Source: Phoronis australis
Lineage: Eukaryota; Animalia; Phoronida
Direction: 5' to 3'
Length of the DNA: 64,000 nt
Assembly: GCA_002633005.1 (NCBI GenBank)
Contig: NMRA01000150.1
Location: forward strand, 437,707 to 501,706
Of this stretch, positions 22,150 to 35,400 are shown in pieces. The position numbers and the translations under genes were made by a program. The notes beneath the pieces were generated by a model, which was given only the letters and a program-made list of their open reading frames with translations, was not told the DNA's origin and ran no database searches. Each line of letters opens with the position of its first letter. Position 1 is the stretch's first letter.

Positions 22150-22615
22150 ACTTTTTTTCTTTTATTTACATATATTGAGCTAAGTGTTTCACAGTACAAC
22201 TAGTAGTAAACACATAAAAGCACGCATACGTTCATCACAATCACACCCGGGATCAGAATACTGTCAAAGACGAAAGTTAAACAAATAGAAGAACCACAGG
22301 GGCCGGGTCCACCTTTGAACGAATCGTTCATATTCACAATTATTACACAAAATTACTAGAGCTGAGTTCTTTTTTGAGTAGCTGCAAACACGGAACACAA
22401 CAGTTTAATCTCGCTTTATGAAGATGATATTTGACCAAACATATGACCAAATTGATGGCATGTTCTGCATTATGCCTGCCAAACAATACACCATGTAAGT
22501 TCAGTTTATAAGATTCACCGGTTTTCGATACGATCCAGTTGTTTACAGCCACTCAAAAATTTTAAACCATTGTACAAGACCAATACAAGTGAATAAGATC
22601 TTCAGACTCACTGTT
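22150..22615 (-). mobile_element. L1/Tx1-clade LINE 3' relic (zf-RVT C-terminus)
   Basis: Minus translation CSCNSESEDLIHLYWSCTMV*NF*VAVNNWI...VLFG...INLVICLVKYHLHKARL matches the C..C....E...HL.W.C..V..FW motif. A-rich tail at ~22151-22170. Confidence 0.75.
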
Positions 22616-23340
22616 ACAAGAGCAACGCGGAGCGTTGACATGCGCATACGAATGCATCGCAAACGGTGTGCTTCTAGGGGTGTTTATTTAGAACATAAAA
22701 ATGGCCATTAGATGGTGCAAAATACTGTCGAATCCATCCAAGCTATTTACACCGTGGTATTGTCCGATCCGTCCGAAAGTCGTCGTCGTTTTCTTTTGTC
22801 AACTTGATATAAATACACCAGCAAAATTCAATAAAGATCCTGTAGAACGTTTAGGAGATACAGCCATTAGCACAAAAACAAACAAAACTCCCACTAAGAG
22901 GCGCCACAGTAGTCCTAGTCGGAAAATCGTCGTCAGCCGCCCTCTTCACAATAAGAAAGTATATGCCAATTTTCAAAATCATCCCTTGAGTGGTTTGGTT
23001 GATAGAAGGGCGGACGCCAAAAAACAGACTCGAAAACAATAAAAATGGCCACTAGGTGGCGCAAAGTTCCTCGACCGTCCGAAAACGGGAGCATGGCATC
23101 ATTGGCTGACAACTATGAAAATCTGTTGTGGATCTCCAAAGATAGACAGGTAAGCGTAAAAAACTAAAATTGCCACTAGGGGGCACATCGGTAGTCGGAG
23201 AGGTCCGAAATTCGTAGTCATCCGTCGTCAGCTTCATAAGAACACATCTCCAAATCTCATCAAGATCCTGTGAGGCCGGGTTTCCGGCGGAGATACAGCT
23301 GCGGACGCCGGACGCCCAGACAGAGATGACTGCAATATGG
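22616..23340. mobile_element. Helentron-associated (HINE/DINE-like) element with internal CCACTAGGGGGCGC-bearing repeats, copy 1
   Basis: Starts acaagagcaacgcggagcgttg (short hairpin), then internal repeats with gccactaggtggcgc motifs, then a ggacgcc-type short repeat near the end. Homologous to 59372-60208 and 63560-64000. Confidence 0.7.
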
Positions 23341-23596
23341 GACCATTTTCAAGTGTGACTTATCGCTCTTGCCATTATTTTTCGTATTAATCTATTTTAA
23401 ATTGGTGACCACTTGTTTACATCTTTAACAAATGGCGACGATACGTCCTTCAAAACTGCTCCCAAGCCTGACCTTACCCTTAAAATTAGAATTTTGAGAC
23501 TTCAAATTGGCCGCTGCCGCAACCCAACTGTTCAGTGCAACCTGGTAATTCTTGAAGTTTGGATATGAAAAATGGCCAAATTTACGACAGCTGTCT

Positions 23597-23947
23597 TAAA
23601 AGTATACTAAACCCTGTTTCGACGATTTCAACCAATCCCCGTTCTGTCACCTGCTAATGCATCATTGGTGTCAATTTCCAAGTTAAAGGCAGGAATCAAC
23701 AAAAAAATCGTACTCTCTATCCCGCAAATTAGATATTACGGTCCTTAGTGGGTGGTGTTTTCCCACAGTTGCCGTGTCACGCTGGACAGTTTAGCAAACT
23801 TTGAAAGGAGTTTTCACTCAAAAAACTTCCTCCAAACTTTTGAGGGTTGTCGAGGATTACAGATCATTTTTTTGTTTCAGAAAACTGGATGGGAAAGTCG
23901 TTTTAGTATCTGTTAATTGGCCAAGACCGGGTTTGGTATCCTTTTAA
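23597..23947. mobile_element. TTAA-flanked non-autonomous element (Kolobok-like), copy 2
   Basis: ttaa-aagtatactaaaccc...gggtttggtatcctt-ttaa; reverse complement of 17537-17895. Confidence 0.75.
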
Positions 23948-26430
23948 CGTTTCATTGGATGTTGCAAAAAACCTCGGGTTTGCAAAACGTGAATATACGC
24001 CGACCGGCGGGCGTATCTGCCGTGATGAAAACAGTCCTGAATGTATTACCGCGTGTGGCACGTCAGTCAGCTATACCAAAATCATAATACGGCTAGCCAG
24101 CTGACACAAGGTGTTTCACTAGCACCGGGTGCGTTTTTGATCCAAGTTTCTTGAACCTGCGAGTTGAGTAAAAAACTTATCGGTATTTCAGGGTGTTCCA
24201 TCGAAATTGGAATCCCGGTGTAAAACAGATATCCCGGAGACGAAAGCAGACTCCCGCAACTTCAAAACTGCTGACCAGTTCGAACAACACAAATCCGACC
24301 TTTAAAACAGGAACCGCGGGGATCGGACAGGAAACCCGGAAAATTTTTCAAGTCTGAGACGATGTCAGTAACCTCAGACTTTGAGTTAAGCCATTATCAA
24401 GTTCTTTCCACTTGTTTTCTGCATTTATTTGTTAAAAATTGTCAATAATAAAACTTAACTTCTTTCATATTTACTCTTTCATTTGATTTTTATCAGTGAA
24501 AACTCGTGCAACATGTCTATGGTCGAATTTCAACATAATCTATACTCTCAACACGTTGCTGACCAATTTTCAATCCTACAAAACCTGCTCCATGGTTCTT
24601 ATTTATGAAGGCGGCTGAAAAATCACGAATTGAATCCGGCAAATCTTCCATCACACTTGCACACAATGTTCACTCTGTCGTATACACTGTACACATTCTC
24701 GAGTAAAACAGGTTCTTAAAAAGAAGCAAAGAAGCAACACCCTTTTTCCTTAAAGATTGATCATAAGTTGTCTAAAATTCTCATGTAATGAAATATCAAA
24801 AGTAAGAAGATTTTTTTCTTTCATAATGTGAAATTGACACATGTCGTATGAACACAACGCACTTAGCTACTTAGGTACTATTTTCTTGAGATAAATAATG
24901 TTTGAAAGAAAGTACTGGAGTGGTGTTTCGGTCTCCGTGTGTTCTGTTCTATCCCCGGGGTTCGTGTTTTTCGGACGGGTCAGCTAAAGGTGCGGGCGTT
25001 TGTTTCACACCAGGGTTTTAATTTAGATGGAAAACTTAGTTGTATTTTCTGCAGTCACAAATTCCTTGCATCGTCGTGAGTGTCATTGATTTATGCCTGA
25101 CTGTCATTGTCGTCGAAGCCATATTAATATTAATTAGCTCGCATTTATTAGGCAAAGTTGTTGCTTTAAGAATACTTCCACCGAACCTAGCTGAGTAATG
25201 TTTTTCCAGGCAGGACAAAAAACCAAGCGTGTCCTACACAACATATTTGCTTCACCGCAGTTGTACGTTAGACGCGCTACATGTAGGGGCTTGTATAACG
25301 GATGATTGAGATTTTCCCAATTTCAGCGTGCACCTAACTTCAGTGAATTAAGCATCATACAAGGTTACCTAATCATCAAATATCATCTATGAATCAATTG
25401 ATTTTCGTAAAATGAATACACTCGTAAATCTGCAAGCAACACTTTCCGTGTTTATCAAAACAGAACATTATAAGCAATTCCCGAAGGTATGCACGCAGGT
25501 TCTTGACGGACAACCGAGGGAACATGGGAGACGGGGCATCCCACGGCGTTTGGGGTTCCGCCACGAAAATTTCCGAATTCATTTGCATTAACGTGTATTT
25601 CAGTTCATTTCAGAGCTGGCTATTATGGTTTATGATTTAGACTCGAGCTCCAAAAATCGCTGAAACATTTGTTTTCTAATTGGCATAATGTACAGTACTT
25701 TGAATGCCGTAATCCGTTAGAGATGTACACTGTACAGTACATCCCTCACTTTTCGGCGTATCAAAGACTTCACGGCGTCATCACACTTCGATGTGAGCTG
25801 ATAGCTATTCATGGGCTTGGCCCAAGGTGTATTAGACGAGGTAATTGCGGTCGTAACCAACGCCCTTGTTTAGCGTAATACTTTCGAAGGAAACAAACGA
25901 CCAATATGTAAGGCAAATGACCAAAATGTTTTTTAAAGCTGAAAAGTAAATGTTACTGTAGCTCTTTTCGAATTCTTAATATCGGTATATTATAAAATAA
26001 ATTATAGCATATACGTTTTCTCCACCACTGGCAGCGCGGCTGAGCCACACGCATTAATTAACTTTATGAAAGGACGGGTCTGTCTGCTTATATGGTTGCG
26101 GTGGTAAACGGCAAATGTTAGCGTACGAGTTGCGTCGTGTTTCACGTGCTCATCACTTGGACAGGAGACCATATGCTAATACTACCGTTCGCCAACGTGA
26201 TATCATCTTATGACGTAGTCAGTATACAGGTGATACAGGGTATGTGTTACCCGACAAAAAGGAACTAGTGTATAATTGTGTTATGAAGTTATTTGAAATC
26301 ATTAAAAATTAGGCGTCTTCCCATAATTGATGTTGAACGACTCTTCTGGTGATAAAAGTACATACAGATTGAAACAAAAGTTTATTGTTATGGTAACCCT
26401 TTATTCTCCCGAATTGTGTTTCCAATGAAT

Positions 26431-29400
26431 TCACGCCACATTCTCCTGACAAGCACCTGCAGTGAAGACCAAGTCGTCCAGGTGCACCGTTCCTTCATTA
26501 TTATCCACGCGGTCTTCAGTTACTTGAAGCTACAAATGAATAGTATAGTAGAGTAACTAACGTTGGTGCGAGAAACAAGGCTGTGCATTGACTTACCGAC
26601 CACACATTGTAAATATTGGACAATAGTACGAGTACGAAGAGGTGAAGGTTTATTTCTCATTGTCAATCAATTGGATGGTATTATTGTTGAATGATTTCAT
26701 TTGTAACCTATTTCTCTACTAGCCATTACCCTGTGGTTTACGGGGAGTAGGCAGAGGCGTCAAGAGAAAGAGTGAGCCCGGGGCAACACGACACTGGGTT
26801 CCTGATCCAATATCCAACACGACACTGGGCTCCTGATCCAATACCCAACACGACACTGGGCTCCTGATCCAATAACCAACACGACACTGGGTTCCTGATC
26901 CAATAACGAACGCGACACTGGGCTCCTGATCCAATACCCAACACGACGACTCCTGATCCAATACCCAACACCACACTGGGCTCCTGGTCCAACACCCAAC
27001 AATAACTTACCGCACATGCATCCCCCGTTTAAGGTGTTATTCAAGCCGTACAACTAAAAATGACTTACTAAAAACATGCAATTATTTTTGTTTAATTCTT
27101 CATTTTCATAAAAACTTGATTCACTATTCGTGTTCTGCATAGTCCTACTACGCATTATGTGTAGCTTTGTAGGCTTTCGCAGCACCAAATAGTTCAGCGA
27201 TTGGGAAAAAATCCAATTTCCTTGAATGAGTGGATTCCGCAGTTCCTAAATGAGCCAGCCAATTCTAGCACGTGGTGGAACGGAGACCATTCTTCGCTCT
27301 TGCGATAACACTGAATGAGCGATCTCCTTGAGCAACTGGCGCAGGCAGGCAACAGAAAAATTCTCAGAGAAATGCAAAGGTTTAGGAACAGTGTTTCAAG
27401 TTTTAGTTCTTACAAAGCTGAAGCAGAAACAAAAGTGCATCTCTGAGATTGGCTGCATGTACCGTCATCAAGTGGTGAAGATACTGGAATACATCAACGC
27501 TATACAAGCAGCAGAGTCGTTGAACATGTTCTCGTAGATGCTTCAAATCTAGGCTTGGGTATCTCCACGACACACCAAATATCCTCTCTAACTGCTAAAC
27601 TGACTGACAACGTGTAGCTAAACTCGCTATGACAGCGTCCATAATGCAAATGAAGACTTGTCTTGTGAATTTATCCTCTACAGTAATGNCCCAACAATAA
27701 CTTCCCGCACATGCATCCCCCATTTAAGGTGTTATTCAAGCCGTACAACTAAAAATGACTTACTAAAAACATGCAATTATTTTTTGTTTAATTCTTCATT
27801 TTCATAAAAACTTGATTCACTATTCGTGTTCTGCATAGTCCTACTACGCATTATGTGTAGCTTTGTAGGCTTTCGCACCAAAAAGTTCAGCGATTGGGAT
27901 AAAATCCAATTTCCTTGAATGAGTGGATTCCGCAGTTCCTAAATGAGCCAGCCAATTCTAGCACGTGGTGGAACGGAGAACATTCTTCGCTCTTGCGATA
28001 ACACTGAATGAGCGATCTCCCTGAGCAACTGGCGCAGGCAGGCAACAGAAAAATTCTCAGAGAAATGCAAAGGTTTAGGAACAGTGTTTCAAGTTTTAGT
28101 TCTTACAAAGCTGAAGCAGAAACAAAGGTGCATCTCTGAGATTGGCTGCATGTACCGTCATCAAGTGGTGAAGATACTGGAATACATCAACGCTATACAA
28201 GCAGCAGAGTCGTTGAACATGTTCTCGTAGATGCTTCAAATCTAGGCTTGGGTATCTCCACGACACACCAAATATCCTCTCTAACTGCTAAACTGACTGA
28301 CAACGTGTAGCTAAACTCGCTATGACAGCGTCCATAATGCAAATGAAGACTTGTCTTGTGAATTTATCCTCTACAGTAATGACCTTCTTTGTCTCGTTGG
28401 CATAAACGTTCTCGTTTGCTTCTTTTCTCACAGTACTAAGTCTGCTCTCAGCTTCAATGCCCCCATTTGTCTCTCAAGTCATTGAAATTGTTAAGTATAG
28501 ACCGTTTATGTTTACTACTTTACTGTCTAAGGTGGTATCTCTTGTTTGTAGCACTTTGTTGCTCATGGCAATTGTTGAAGGAACCTTTAGGCATGAAGCG
28601 GTCTTGGTCATTCACTCACCATTTGATCAAATATAGGTCTGGCCTTGTTCCTGTAGACAAATTCAGCTTGATGACGTCCTCAATGTCTCTCTTCAAGGAG
28701 GGGAAAGGTACAGCAAACGGTCTCAAGCTGTCCACTGTCGCTGACCAACTTGTGTCTAACATGTTGCGGATAGCTATAGGCCTACTAACGTGGTGTGATG
28801 GAACTGAACAGTTCCCTAACAGTTCAAAAAGGCAATAGCCTGTGAGAAACTTTCAGCATCATGGCTTCCACACAGGTTAAGACTATGACAAGCACAGTGT
28901 GAGAATGTGACCACAAAAGACTTCTTCTACATGTTCTTCCATGGTGATCCACTTCAAGTAACACATTTTGTGATTAGCACTCCATGGATTATTCTAAAAT
29001 CCCTTCGACCCCCACACGCCACGACCTCCTCGACCCACGATTCCCTCGACCCACGGCCCCCTCGACCCACAAATCCCACGATCCACTACCCCCCTCGACC
29101 CACGACCTGTGGCAATAGATGTATCTTTGCGCTTTTTACACATTTCATCATCATATTACATCGCAAGACTTACCTACACGCAAATATGCTCTGACTCAAG
29201 TCTGGAGTTAAGAACAGAGCACAGGCGCTCGAATTTCCCGATGACTCATAACCATATGAGATGAGATATGTGTCTCGAAATATCGCTTTTTAAAATATGT
29301 TACCTTCTGATGTCGTTTGGATTTTTGTTGCACTTGCGATGTAAAGACAAGATCTTTATTTAGAGAGTTGGAAAGAACTGAGATTAAACTAGTAAAAACA

Positions 29401-32400
29401 GATCAAAGTCGTGTTTTTAATGAAATATAATTAAGCTATCTGCATTTTCACTCGAAATTTGCTCGTCCTGCAAAGAACAACGCCATGTTGGTTATTTGAG
29501 CCCGTCAGATTACACGTTTTACCCCCCCTTCCGTCCATCTGGTGGTCATAATTCCTCCTATCCCGCGATCGCCACATGTTTCGGGCCACCACTCCGGTCC
29601 ACACCAAGAATTCCTAGTTTTCCTAGTTTCGCCACAACTTTTGAGGCGCGGTTATGGCTACTAGGGGACCCCTAATTAGTATGGGGACCATGAACTGTAA
29701 CCCGGCACTGTTTTGCTCAGCATATCCACCCACACATTTCTGTGACATTACTATGGTTTTGTTGTATGTTGGTTTCAAATGGTCGCATGTGACCCTGGCA
29801 CCCTTAGCTAACATACCTGGATACATGTACGTCTCTGGGTACATACCTGCGCTTCCTCGTCAGCATGAATAGTTATGAAGTACTGTCGCCATGTCTTGGT
29901 GTATTCCTCGGTGTCAAACACCAAAATCGGATCATTCGACATGACGTACACACTCAAACTTCTATAGCCTTTTACAACGTCCATGAATATTCTGAATTTG
30001 AAACAGTATGTACCCGCTGTAAGAGATGACGTACACAGGTTGAGTGAGGTGTTGTACCACATCCGCCAGCCAGTGACACCGCCCTGGAAATCTCGAATTT
30101 TTACTTGAGTTTGTAGCTATAATCTCGGAGTCAGAAAGTGCGAATTGGACTATAAATGCCAATGAATAAACCATAATATAATCGAGCAAATAGACCCTTA
30201 CATTGAGTTGGCACAAAAGTAGAACGAAAAATATCAAAAGTATTTTCGAGTTCGATTTACTGTTCCATTTCGAGTACAAAGATCAGACCCTGGCTCCCTG
30301 GTTATTGCATTTAGTAAGGTTTTTGAGGGCAAATCATTCCTTCCACTAAATTGAGCGTAAAGTGACACATGTGCTTTAAATGACGAGTAGAATTAACTTG
30401 CCGTGCATTCGAAACTGGCCGCCGGCGCCTATGGACTTGAGCGTATGCCATATAGTTTGCACTGCTTATGCAATCCACTTTGGCGAATGCCGACTCGACA
30501 AGTGCGGCCTGAGATTGTCACAAGAGGGCAATTTCAGCCCGGCTGCCCTCACTCGCTTGAAGTGACTTCAAATTTTAGTTCCTCAACTCGTCAAACGTGA
30601 GTTGAAAATTAAAATTGATGGCCACTTTCTATATTTTGTTGAAATTTTTAATTTCTTCACGGAATGATGTCACAAGGCTGCGATGAGTAATGACATTGTG
30701 TATAATTTAATCAGAATTGGAGAAAATCTGATTTATTAATTACTATATTCTCGAAGCTTAAATCCTCCACACCATGGCCATAAATGCTTGAACGCTGTTA
30801 CGAACAATTTTGGTATGATATATTTTAAGTACTTTTAATCAACAAATAAACGCAAACATTAAAAATATTAAATTTTGGAGTGACGTCATCAGTGGACCCT
30901 GTCTCCGATGTTGTTGTTCCACACCAGAGCCGTAGTGATCTCGAAAACTTAGTATTATCATAGACTATGGTATTATGAAAAGTTGCACGTGCGGTGGATG
31001 CAGTAGTAGTAGTCTGCATGGGCGGCGCACCATAGGGGCCTGGGGGACTATAACCCCCCACTTTTTCAGTGCTGCGCCGCACATGGTCTATGGGCGGTGC
31101 ACCACAGGGGGGCTGAGGGGGCTTTAGCCCCCCACTTTTTTCAGTACTCCACCGCCCATGATCTGTCAGACACTATTTTAGTTTTTGAGTTTCAAAAAGA
31201 CCCTAACTTCGCCCAGAAATGGCACAGGCCACGAGTATGGCAGCACACGGTGAAGCAAGCGATCAGTTCAAGGCCAACGCTGTGTTCGGGCCAGCCTGAA
31301 GCCTAGTGCTTGAAGATTTCTCCAACGTGAAACTGCATTTGATAGAGAAAAGTCACATGAATTCAATATCAAATAATGACTGAGATAATGAATGTTCAAG
31401 ATTTTGTGGAAATGCATGCTATCCATGCATTCGCCGATGCGTGCTATCCATACACAAGCCAATGCGTGCTATCCATACATACGCCAATGGGTGTCAGTTG
31501 TTTACCGATTGAGCAGAGTCAGAAGGTCAAGGTCGAAAACGATGTCATAGTGATGAATCGGCAACGATAGTAAAAATTTTCAAAGCCTGTCACGTTCCGA
31601 TTTTACCGGTTATCAAGAGGGTTCAGTGACGTAAAATTGCCCTCACCTTTCGTCAAAAAAAATAACACCTCTTCCCATGTCTAATGCACCAACAAGGCCG
31701 TTATTATTTAAAGGGAGTAACAAATTATCCCGCTCAAATCAAGATCTGTGTGATGTCATTGGTTCAAACGAGGCGATGACAGGACAGAAATTAACAGGTT
31801 TACTGTAAGTCTGAACATAACATAAAGGGATGAATACAAGAGACAATGTTTACTGTTAAGTGGCAGTGTTTACTGCATATCTGAACTTAACATAAGGGTT
31901 AAAAAAACAGTGACATTGTTTACTATACGCCTGAAAATAAAACAAAGGTTTGAATGCCAGTGAAAGTGTTTACTTAAATCTGAACATAACATCATAAGGG
32001 TTGAATAAGAGTGACAGTGTTTAAGACGTCTTGAATACTAATGAATCACTGTTATGGACTTGGATTACAAGTAATTCTGTCAACATGAAGTTTTGTTTAA
32101 AGTCTGTGCCTTGAATAGGTGACTGCATGCCAGCTACATTGATGACCTTTTAATACTTTTGTGTAAATGGTTTCTTTTATCTGATGTCTCGTTGTGGTAT
32201 TTTAATTAATTGATAAAGTTTGCCAACACCTAGTTCAGCTGAGTCGGGTCATACCTTTAAACTTGTGTGAGGTCAAGATGGCTTCGCCTGCGTTCTGAGA
32301 TTTGTTGTTGCCGCTGAAGACGGTGCATCCGTGTGATTTCTGTAAAAAATGTCCAGTTCGATCAGCAGTGTTGGATAACATGTCCCCTAAAAAGGGGCAG

Positions 32401-35400
32401 AAAGTTTCAAATGCGTTGGGTTCTTGCCATACGCCGCGACGAAGGAAAATATGTCCGTGTAAAATTCATAACTGTTTTCGAATCATAATTTGTCGCATCT
32501 CGGAGTGGATGCCGCCATAGCAACGAGGACCGGAGAATCTTCGGCCAGCCAGACTGTGTTTTCATGACTATGGGTTGAAGCGCGATGCATTTTTCTTTAC
32601 AAAAAGGACAGGGCCCTCAATTCCTCAATTTTGGGGCCAAGTATGGGCCCTATTCCCCTCTTAAAAATATTGAAAAATCACGCGAAATTCCCGGCCACGA
32701 GGCCTAAGAATCCCATTTGTGATTGAAAATTTCTCTCCAACGGTTCAAATCACCTGTGACCACAGAGGTGACAATNTATTAGCCAGGATTTTGTCCCAGA
32801 AAATTGCGCTCCTGAGCTGCCAAATGGAATCTGGGAGAATTTTAGGGGGGGGCTGGGGCATAGCCCCTTGGCTCCCCTCTAAATCCGCCAATGTGTTCTG
32901 TCCAGTTAACTGAAATTGAGCTCTAAAACGAGGTTATGCTTTGGACGAAAGAATTAGGTGTTTTAATTTTAAAATTCAACTTGGTCGAGATTGATATTTA
33001 AAAAATATAACACATGAAATAGAAGTAATTATTAAAACCAAGAAAGCATAATTGATGGTCATATAATTTTTATTTTCGTCTGCGAGCCTAGTTTTTTATC
33101 GTAATCAAAATACATATTTAATAACATCAAGTATCCGCATTTCAGGTCAATGACAAATCAACTGTTAGTCCCGGTAGTGCCTACCTCACCAGGACCTAGG
33201 CTATGCTTGAAGCTAATAGGCCTACTCTTGGTCTACAAATTAAACCAGATGAGACTAATTGCACATGACAGCAAAATGCTATGAGCCACCACTGTCGAAT
33301 ATATCTTCAACTCGTCAACAATACGACCAGATCACCTGGTTCGTGTAGAAAGCATTTTTATCAAGAATTTAGTAGAAGAAACGTAACCCTGCATTCAGCA
33401 TGATACCTAATCCGTCACTACGATCGCCGCAATTTAGTCATGTTTACTTTTCATGTTTCGAACCTAGTTTTCCGGAAAAAACTATATCCTTTCGTCAGAC
33501 AACTCTTTGGTGCATTGACTTGTTCTATAACTGTATTTTTCTACGTCTCTGTGGTTAATTATTGACACATTTTTTAAGATTTGATATTCAGGTTGGACTC
33601 CAAAGACCGGCCATTTAACTCACGCAATGTAAATTTCCGCTTTGTTTATCGCAGTGAGCCTCGCTTTGGATGTTAATGTCCGCCGCGTGAATAGAGTCTA
33701 TGTATGATATCCATGCGACCTGTTTTGTTTTATCCAACAAAGACGCAACAAAGAAAAACGATAGTAGCGTCCCATAAGCGACAACCACGCGACGCGCTTA
33801 TACGCCCCGCCCATAGGTCTTACAAGTTAAAAAATAGCTTGCGACCTCACTGCATAAGTGGTGTTTCGGTCCCCGGGTGTCCAGTCCGATCCCTGGATTT
33901 CCTCTTTTAAATGTCGAGGTTCGTGTTTTAGGGCTGGTTAGCTGTTTTGAAGGTGCGGCATTGTGAGTCTGTTTCGGACTTCAGAATATCTGTTTTACAC
34001 CAGCGTTCCAAATTTGATGGAACACCTTGTGATAGCTAGCACATTGAGATTTCAGTACAATGGCGGATTCATAGCAACAAAAATATTCCTTTGAGTTAAC
34101 CCGTACATTACAGTCGTCTCTGCAGTAATGCACAAAAGTGCAACAAAACTGGTAACGACGAGCAGGGGCACGAATTGTTGACGACGAAGGAGGGGACGCG
34201 ACAGTTAAACGCAACGCCAGAACTCGCACTCCCTCATTCATCCATGACGGGGAACTGCATCGAAGCAACGTCATATTCCACTGTAGGCAATTACATCGCC
34301 CTGGATGCTGCAGGCATTCAGGGGCGGTAGTACATCCCCACAAAAAGTTACTCATTTCAAAATACAACAAATAAAATCAAATGAACCATGCATATAGGAA
34401 CATGGAGTGATAATTAACACATACCATGACTCTGGATACAATTAAGTCAGCAAAACCTGAGCGAATCGATGATTTGTCGCGGTTTGCTCGAGTTTCTCTT
34501 ACCGGGTGCCATTTTGAGGAAGTTACGTGAAATCACGCATGTTGACGAATAAAAAGTCCAAGGGAAACAAATCTTACAAATTTCAACTGATACCTTCTCA
34601 TGCTATTTTGCAAGTGTCACGCGCTAGTGTCATACGCTTCGCTCAGTCTCACGCCTCGCTGGTTCGCTGCGTGCCGCTAGGTGGGGCGGTAGCGGCGCCA
34701 GCACGCAGGTATCACTTAATTTTCCTCGGTAAATTTTTTTACACCGACGTTTCTGATTGGCTAGTCGAATTCTCAACAGGCAGCGCTTTACGCAAACAAA
34801 TTGGCATGGCTGATGGAATGAAGTCATGTAAATGTGGTCTGTTGTACAGACAAATCGGTGCTTAAAATTTATGTTCAGGAAATGTGAAGCCTGGAAATTG
34901 TGATTGTGACTTTTCGGAATGCATCTTTCTACTGTCGATGACTTTTGTTTATGATGGTGTACTGTATTGATACAGTATGAATAACACACCTGTTAAATCG
35001 GCCAGATATGTGTTTATTGTAAATGTATGTGCTTCAAGCACGCGGCTATCACTGTAGAAACGAAATAGTTGCTGCGACGCCACTGGCATGAAAAGGCTAA
35101 AAATCGTTCACAGTCCGTCATTTTTCACGGTGTTGTAAAGCTAAACAATGACTGCCGAGGTTACGTTGACCAATGCTAAAGCGCGTGCCACTGCGTGATA
35201 ACTGCTACCTGGTTGGGCTAAGCACGCAGGGAACCAGCGACAGTCTCGCGCTGGCTCTTTGCCTAACTCACGTGACTCAGTTGACCTACTTAAGGTTAGA
35301 TCACGCGCGTGGTGAAAAAGTTAACGGCAACCAAAAAAGTGGAGTTAGAACTCTTCACTAAAGTCACCTCAATTCTCACAACTAAGCTTCATCGAAGATA

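Larger units (their letters stand above)
26754..28990 (-). mobile_element. Degenerate hAT transposon (ZMYM1/PRKRIR-like transposase pseudogene)
   Basis: Minus-strand remnants [13 protein letters not shown] (~28890), [15 protein letters not shown] (~28740) and dimerisation domain [38 protein letters not shown] (~28080-27965, duplicated ~27390-27270). Many stops and frameshifts. TIR-like cagaggcgtc...cccggggcaa at ~26754. Confidence 0.85.

Noticed and set aside
33624-33697. Possible extra MAM exon (catag|ACTCTATT...CATTGC|gtgagt, minus strand)
   Set aside because: 74 nt is phase-incompatible with the flanking phase-0 junctions unless another exon exists, and I could not find one.
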